Positions 59,115 to 64,000 of a stretch of DNA of 64,000 bases are shown here, in pieces. Location: NCBI GenBank assembly GCA_029855935.1, contig JAGSHN010000016.1, forward strand, positions 160,001 to 224,000. Reading direction: 5' to 3'. This DNA comes from Candidatus Thorarchaeota archaeon. Lineage in GTDB: Archaea > Asgardarchaeota > Thorarchaeia > Thorarchaeales > Thorarchaeaceae. The notes beneath the pieces are model-generated. The model was not told the DNA's origin. It ran no database searches and saw only the letters and a program-made list of their open reading frames with translations. Every line of letters begins with the position of its first letter. Within the stretch, counting starts at the first letter, position 1. A program made the translations under genes and the position numbers.

Positions 59115-61907
59115 TTGGAGGTCTCCAGTCGCTTACCAACTCAACGGTTGGTCGCTCACTGGGCAGGCATCAGCCCGGGCGGGCGTCTCGCGCTGACTGG
59201 CGTGGTGACAGGAGCGACATTTCTGCTTCTCCTGTTCCTCCCCCGGTTGGATCTCCTCAGTCCTCTATCACTGGCGGTGGGGCTGACTGCTCTCGTATTG
59301 ATTCCCGGGAGCCTTCTGAACTCGGTTGTGCTTCCACAGGATCTGCACAACCTCTGGACCAATCTGCTCATGGGCCTTGTCCTGGTCGTCATCGAGTCGC
59401 ACCTGCTGCTACTGCTGACGGCTCTTCGCGGGCCAGTGTCCTCTCTGGGCATATGGCTGCTGCTGATGTCGGCCATCATCTCGTTTGTTCTCTATACAAC
59501 GGTCGGGCCCCACAGGCGGGCACGGAGTCACGAAGCGTTGTTCAACCTCGGTGTGGACTCCGCACTGATCAGATGGCTGGCGATTGGGATCTCCGTCCGT
59601 GTGGTTCTGCTCTTTCTGGCTCAGGGCTGTATCGCCCCCGATGCGGCTCTCTACGCGGACTACGCAGAGAACATCACTGCTGGAGTCTTCAGGTCGGATG
59701 TGCAGGGGGACTACCTTGTGACAGCCTACTCCGACACTGTGGACCTCATTCCGCATCAGGGCGTATCCTATGTATTCGCGCTGTCGTTTCTTCTCGTCGA
59801 CCCCTCGCTGTTTGGTCCGTCTCCCATTCTTGTAATCCTCGGTCTTGCACTCATCTACCTCGTCTATCGGATTGCCCTCCAGATGTTTGGTCAGAGGGCG
59901 GCTGAGTTGACGGCCGTCATCACCTCGGTCCATCCCCTCCTTGTGTTCTTCTCCGTCGTCCCCTATGGGTCCGAGATCACTAGTCTGTCACTGTTGCTGT
60001 TCGTCTGGGTGTTGCTCGCTGACGGACTGCTGAGGCGTGTCCGGTCGGAGGCAGTGGCAGGAGTCGTTGTCGGTGTGGTCGAGAGCATCTGGATGCCGAA
60101 CTTCTACATCTTCTTTGCGACTCTTGTCTTTGTCACCCTTGCTCTCAGGCGAGAGAGCCCCTCCGCGTCGTTGCAGTACGCGGTTGTGGGCATCTCCATC
60201 TTTGTGGTCTGGGTGGCGTCTGAGAGTCTGATCATCCCGCTGGCTCTCGTCCTGCTGGTGTTGCTGCTTGCATTGGCAGAGCGGCATCGTCTTGCTCGTG
60301 CCGGGCCATTACAGCACGCCCTTGTCACCTTCTTGCCTGTTGTGGGCTATCTATGGTGGTTCTACTCTCTCCAAGCGCCTCTATTCGGTCCATCTGTGGA
60401 GATTGCCGAGGCTCTGAGGCAGGCATCGCACACCCATCTCCTGTGGAACGGCGGTTTCAACTACTCCTTTCTCCTGGGCCTGATTCCCAGTCCGGGCACT
60501 GTGCTGGCTCTTGCACTCTTCACTCTGTTCCATCTGTCGATTCCTGTCTTCTATGTCTGGGCACGCGGCCTCTGGGTCAGGCGCCGCGACGGCATTCTCT
60601 GGATGTTGGTGTTGTGCGTCGTTGTCGTCCTCGGCGGCACGGCGGTCATCCTTGAGATGCTGGCAATGGAGAAGAGCGTCCTCACACCATACTATGTGTA
60701 CTCTGATGCTCGGTTTCTGCTCAGTCCTGTGACGGTAGCGCTCATCCCGATAGGGTGGCTCCTCGACTCAGTCCTGCACGTGGATACGGCCGAGTCATCG
60801 ACTCCGTCCTCCTCATCAGGCCTCTCGCCATCTCCTCATTCGATTCACTGGAACAGGAGGGCGATTCTTGTCATCCTGTTGATCGGGTTTGTCCCCGGCT
60901 ACGTCGCCTACCCCGTGGGACTCAACCTGACCAACTCCGAACGGTTCTACAGCTGGACTGGTCTGAGGGAGAGCGTGGACGAGCTGGGTGATCCCAGCTC
61001 GGTGTTCCTCACTGATCGTGCGCGAGAGTTCGCGTGGTGGACCGGACGGCAGTCCGCCTTCTTGGTGTTCAAACATCCGGATGAGGGCACGACGGTCGCT
61101 CTGCGAGAGCTCACGTCTCTGGTCAGAGAATACAATGCGAGTTTCCTAGTGCTCGACTGGTATAGCCAGCACCGATGGCCCGTCCTCAGTCCTCTCTACG
61201 AGGGCGAGCTGACGGTCGGCGATACTCTGCCTGTCGATGTCGGCAGTCTCCGGATGTATCTCTCGTCCGAGTCTGCACCAGATGTTCTCTCGATGCGCGA
61301 GGTTGTGGTCCTGCCAGAGAGTGAGCAGCGACCCGCCCACGTTCGCGTGTTCAGGTTTCTCAACGCGACGTTTGAGCGTCGCTGGTACCAGGACAACCTT
61401 GCAGATGGGTGGACAGTGGACGGCCCGGGTGCGCTGTACAACAACAGTCTGCGCAATGTCTTTAGGATAGAGGGTGAGAGCGGAGTGGCCACGCTTCACA
61501 GGTCTTCTCTCTTTGACCTCTCAGTTGGTCCCGGATTCGTCGTCTGCAAGATTGTGCCAGGCTCGGCAGAGGTTCTCAACGTGACGGCATACGACAGTAG
61601 AGGACGCCTCATTGATGAGCTCACCCCAATCGGCGAGGGATATTACCTCTCTGTCTTTGACGGGGCGGGTATTGGCGACCTCCGAGTCACCATTGGGGGC
61701 GACCCCGGGGACTCTGTCAAGATAGGACAGGTCGCTGTGTGGAGTCAGGCACCGGGAGCCGAGTCTCAGAGAACAGGAGGGCCATCGCCCTCATCTCTCT
61801 CGCCCCTCACGCCCGCTAGCAGTGTCAATCGTGTCCCTGTCGTTCGCCCGGAGGAGCCGCCGCACATACCAGAGAGCCGCCCTGACGAACACACCAACGA
61901 CTGGTAG
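59115..61907 (+). CDS. Large GT-C-like (PMT/ArnT-type) membrane protein with extracellular C-terminal domains
   Basis: PDAALY...A loop, HQG, HP.L.F, SE, RF..P; many TMs followed by a long soluble domain. Confidence 0.7.
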   Translation: MEVSSRLPTQRLVAHWAGISPGGRLALTGVVTGATFLLLLFLPRLDLLSPLSLAVGLTALVLIPGSLLNSVVLPQDLHNLWTNLLMGLVLVVIESHLLLLLTALRGPVSSLGIWLLLMSAIISFVLYTTVGPHRRARSHEALFNLGVDSALIRWLAIGISVRVVLLFLAQGCIAPDAALYADYAENITAGVFRSDVQGDYLVTAYSDTVDLIPHQGVSYVFALSFLLVDPSLFGPSPILVILGLALIYLVYRIALQMFGQRAAELTAVITSVHPLLVFFSVVPYGSEITSLSLLLFVWVLLADGLLRRVRSEAVAGVVVGVVESIWMPNFYIFFATLVFVTLALRRESPSASLQYAVVGISIFVVWVASESLIIPLALVLLVLLLALAERHRLARAGPLQHALVTFLPVVGYLWWFYSLQAPLFGPSVEIAEALRQASHTHLLWNGGFNYSFLLGLIPSPGTVLALALFTLFHLSIPVFYVWARGLWVRRRDGILWMLVLCVVVVLGGTAVILEMLAMEKSVLTPYYVYSDARFLLSPVTVALIPIGWLLDSVLHVDTAESSTPSSSSGLSPSPHSIHWNRRAILVILLIGFVPGYVAYPVGLNLTNSERFYSWTGLRESVDELGDPSSVFLTDRAREFAWWTGRQSAFLVFKHPDEGTTVALRELTSLVREYNASFLVLDWYSQHRWPVLSPLYEGELTVGDTLPVDVGSLRMYLSSESAPDVLSMREVVVLPESEQRPAHVRVFRFLNATFERRWYQDNLADGWTVDGPGALYNNSLRNVFRIEGESGVATLHRSSLFDLSVGPGFVVCKIVPGSAEVLNVTAYDSRGRLIDELTPIGEGYYLSVFDGAGIGDLRVTIGGDPGDSVKIGQVAVWSQAPGAESQRTGGPSPSSLSPLTPASSVNRVPVVRPEEPPHIPESRPDEHTNDW

Positions 61908-63428
61908 TCCTCCGAAGGCCCCTCTGATTCTCTCCACATCGCTGACGTCGATTGCCCCCGAGAGCGGCACAAGAGTGAAGTAGACCACAGTGAACACGCC
62001 AGCACCAATGATGAGGAAGCCGAGCGGTCCCACGTGAACCAGTTGCCTCGATAGTACCGTGGCGACAGCGGCACTGACCCCACTGAGGTAGAGTCTCAGG
62101 CTTGAGGACACATTGATTGTTAGATGTCCGCGTCGCCAGGCATAGATCGTCAGAGTCGCGCAGGCGAACAGTCTTGAGAGGACATCGGCCGCAATTATGC
62201 CGACTGTTCCCGCGGACATAGTGAACGGGACCCCAATGGTGACCAGCGTCCCAAGATAGAGTCCCCACAGCGCCACTGTCAGCCAGACCTCCCCCATCCC
62301 ATTGAAGAAGCTCTCAAGGAGGCCGTTGCCCACTCCGACGAGCAGGAACATGGAGGCGAGAAGCGCAAGGAACAGTGCCGCGGCCCCGTACTCTGCTCCG
62401 TAGAGGACATCGACTATCTCCGGTGCGAGAGTCATCATCACAAGGGCGGCGGGGACGACAATCAGCACAGCATACTTGTGCGCAAGACTGAATCCGCGAC
62501 CGTAGTCTGAGCCTGTGGAGACACTGGCCAGTCTCGAGAAGGCAGGCAGTAGCGACCAGATAATGCTGTAGGATAGAGCAGTCAAGATTGTCGTCACGTT
62601 CAGTGCCGCGATGAAGTTTCCAATCTCATAGTTTGTGACGAAGAGGGACAGTACCACGAGCCTGAACTGTGGCACAAAGCCAGTGGCAATGGTCACTGCA
62701 TAGAGGGGTGCTCCGAACCCGAGTATCGGGCGTGCGTACCTCCATCCCACGCGGACAGTCGTTGCTCCCGCGAGAGCACGGGTCTTTCGCGTCAGGATGA
62801 TTGCGCCTATGGCCGACGAGATGACGAAGCCGATGACATATCCGATGAGCGCGCCCATAATCCCGAGGCCGTACAGGATCAGCAGGATGGCGAGCAGTAC
62901 CTTCACAAGGACCTGAACGGTCTTCACGACCCCTGCGCGACCCGGGCTCTGTAGGCCCTGAAGTCCATAGAAGCTCAGCCAGAATACAACCTGAAAGAAC
63001 ATAGCGATGCTGGCGAAGCGCACAAGGAATCCCATCTCCGGTCGTGCGAGGATGACCGTCGCGAACCAGTCCGATGCCAGAAAGGCACCAACGCTGAACA
63101 CGGCTCCGACGAGCAGTCTGAGTACGATGCCAGTCTTGAAGACACCGAGCGCATCGTCGGTCTGGCCCTCCTCGCGGAGCTTGGGAATGTAACGGACGAT
63201 GGCCGTGTCGATGCCCAAGGTGGCAAAGTGTGTGAGAAGGAGGGTGAAGACGAGTGCCAGCCCGTAGGTCGCGTAGTCGTCTGGTCCGAGCAGTCGTGCC
63301 AAGACTATGGATCCCAGACCGTTGATCACCGTGGAGATGCCGACACCGGCAACGAGAGACGTACCACCCCTCAGTGATTCCTCGGCCATATGTGTCAGTC
63401 GGTCTGAGGCGTTGTCCTGGCTGTTCAT
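61791..63428 (-). CDS. Oligosaccharide flippase (Wzx/MOP family)
   Basis: LARLLGPDDY, LGID.A..RY, LLPAFS, YG.EY. Confidence 0.9.
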   Translation of the reverse strand: MNSQDNASDRLTHMAEESLRGGTSLVAGVGISTVINGLGSIVLARLLGPDDYATYGLALVFTLLLTHFATLGIDTAIVRYIPKLREEGQTDDALGVFKTGIVLRLLVGAVFSVGAFLASDWFATVILARPEMGFLVRFASIAMFFQVVFWLSFYGLQGLQSPGRAGVVKTVQVLVKVLLAILLILYGLGIMGALIGYVIGFVISSAIGAIILTRKTRALAGATTVRVGWRYARPILGFGAPLYAVTIATGFVPQFRLVVLSLFVTNYEIGNFIAALNVTTILTALSYSIIWSLLPAFSRLASVSTGSDYGRGFSLAHKYAVLIVVPAALVMMTLAPEIVDVLYGAEYGAAALFLALLASMFLLVGVGNGLLESFFNGMGEVWLTVALWGLYLGTLVTIGVPFTMSAGTVGIIAADVLSRLFACATLTIYAWRRGHLTINVSSSLRLYLSGVSAAVATVLSRQLVHVGPLGFLIIGAGVFTVVYFTLVPLSGAIDVSDVERIRGAFGGLPVVGVFVRAALWYVRRLLRANDRDTIDTASGREGRER

Positions 63429-63498
63429 TGTCTGCTGGCCACTCTCTCGTGTCTGTCACGGCGGAAGGGCGCTCGCTTATTACACTTGCGAGTGCGGC

Positions 63499-63999
63499 TC
63501 AGGCGTAGAGCACATCCACTATTCGGCGGAGTATCAGTCCCATGTTCCTCATCTGGTTGTAGTGGGCCTCGATGACCCTCCGGTTGGTCATAAGCATATC
63601 CTCGTCCTCGTGCAGTCGGGCATTGATCGCCTCCTGCAGCCTCCGTGCCACGATGTGAGGATCTGGCTCGACGATCACACCTTGCGCGCCGTGGTCGAAC
63701 ACGTCAGCGTAGGCTGGCATCGGTGAGACGATGGGAACCACACCAGCGTACAGCCCCTCGAGAAGAGTCTGCGCCAACTGGTCCCACGTGGGGATGGAGA
63801 AGAAGTAGTCAGAGCGGTCGAGCAGGAATCGAAGGTCGGGAGGACTCAGTGGTCGAAGTACCACTCGTGATCTATCCTCTAGGCCGAGCCGTCGAATGAG
63901 GCCCAGTACTCTCTGCACGTAGGGGTCATCGCCGTGTGTGTTCATGCAGTATATGAACGTGGAGTCTATGCCCCGTTTCAGCAGCAGGTGGTGTATCAG
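63499..63999 (-). CDS. Glycosyltransferase (GT4) C-terminal part; starts beyond the window
   Basis: S.P..D....TLLEG...G..P; the frame stays open to the window edge. Confidence 0.75.
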   Translation of the reverse strand: MIHHLLLKRGIDSTFIYCMNTHGDDPYVQRVLGLIRRLGLEDRSRVVLRPLSPPDLRFLLDRSDYFFSIPTWDQLAQTLLEGLYAGVVPIVSPMPAYADVFDHGAQGVIVEPDPHIVARRLQEAINARLHEDEDMLMTNRRVIEAHYNQMRNMGLILRRIVDVLYA

Positions 64000-64000
64000 A

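Noticed and set aside
1-64000. CRISPR arrays, tRNA/rRNA genes, IS elements
   Set aside because: No regularly spaced repeats, T-loop motifs or transposase ORFs seen by eye; a covariance-model scan was not possible.
1-64000. Selenocysteine (UGA) or other stop-codon readthrough
   Set aside because: Internal stops were seen only in genes that also have frameshifts; intact genes end where their families normally end.

Overview
64 kb of a GC-rich archaeal chromosome. Gene content suggests an Asgard archaeon, probably Thorarchaeota-like (inference from the A-type ATPase subunit C, archaeal ApgM, TATA/GAGGTG signals and a small double zinc-ribbon protein). Left to right: the 5' part of A/V-ATPase subunit C with a divergent AtpZ/AtpI-like gene; a LarA-family epimerase; an FGGY kinase; a GIY-YIG protein; a PadR-TRASH metal regulator; and a six-gene complex I/Mrp-like membrane-arm operon (J1-J2-K-L-M-N) with no redox module. 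Next is a co-oriented run of nucleotidyltransferase, Dol-P-Man synthase, GT87/PIG-M-like GT-C, GT4 and UPF0182, followed by hypC, a PflX-like radical SAM, a degenerate transcarbamylase, purB and an orphan ABC ATPase. An AT-richer, partly decayed glycosylation island spans about 30.4-45 kb. The right third holds pyk/eno/apgM, more glycosylation genes (GT4s, two further flippases, a large GT-C-like protein) and a CopB-type ATPase preceded by twin palindromic sites. I saw no tRNA, rRNA, CRISPR array or transposase. Best leads: (1) a candidate GPI/PIM-like lipid-mannosylation operon linked to UPF0182; (2) a candidate metal regulon (PadR-TRASH, twin ATATATC-N6-GATAYAT sites, CopB, Zn-ribbon microprotein); (3) the headless Nuo/Mrp hybrid; (4) a transcarbamylase pseudoenzyme. 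All functional calls come from motifs read by eye; no searches were run.
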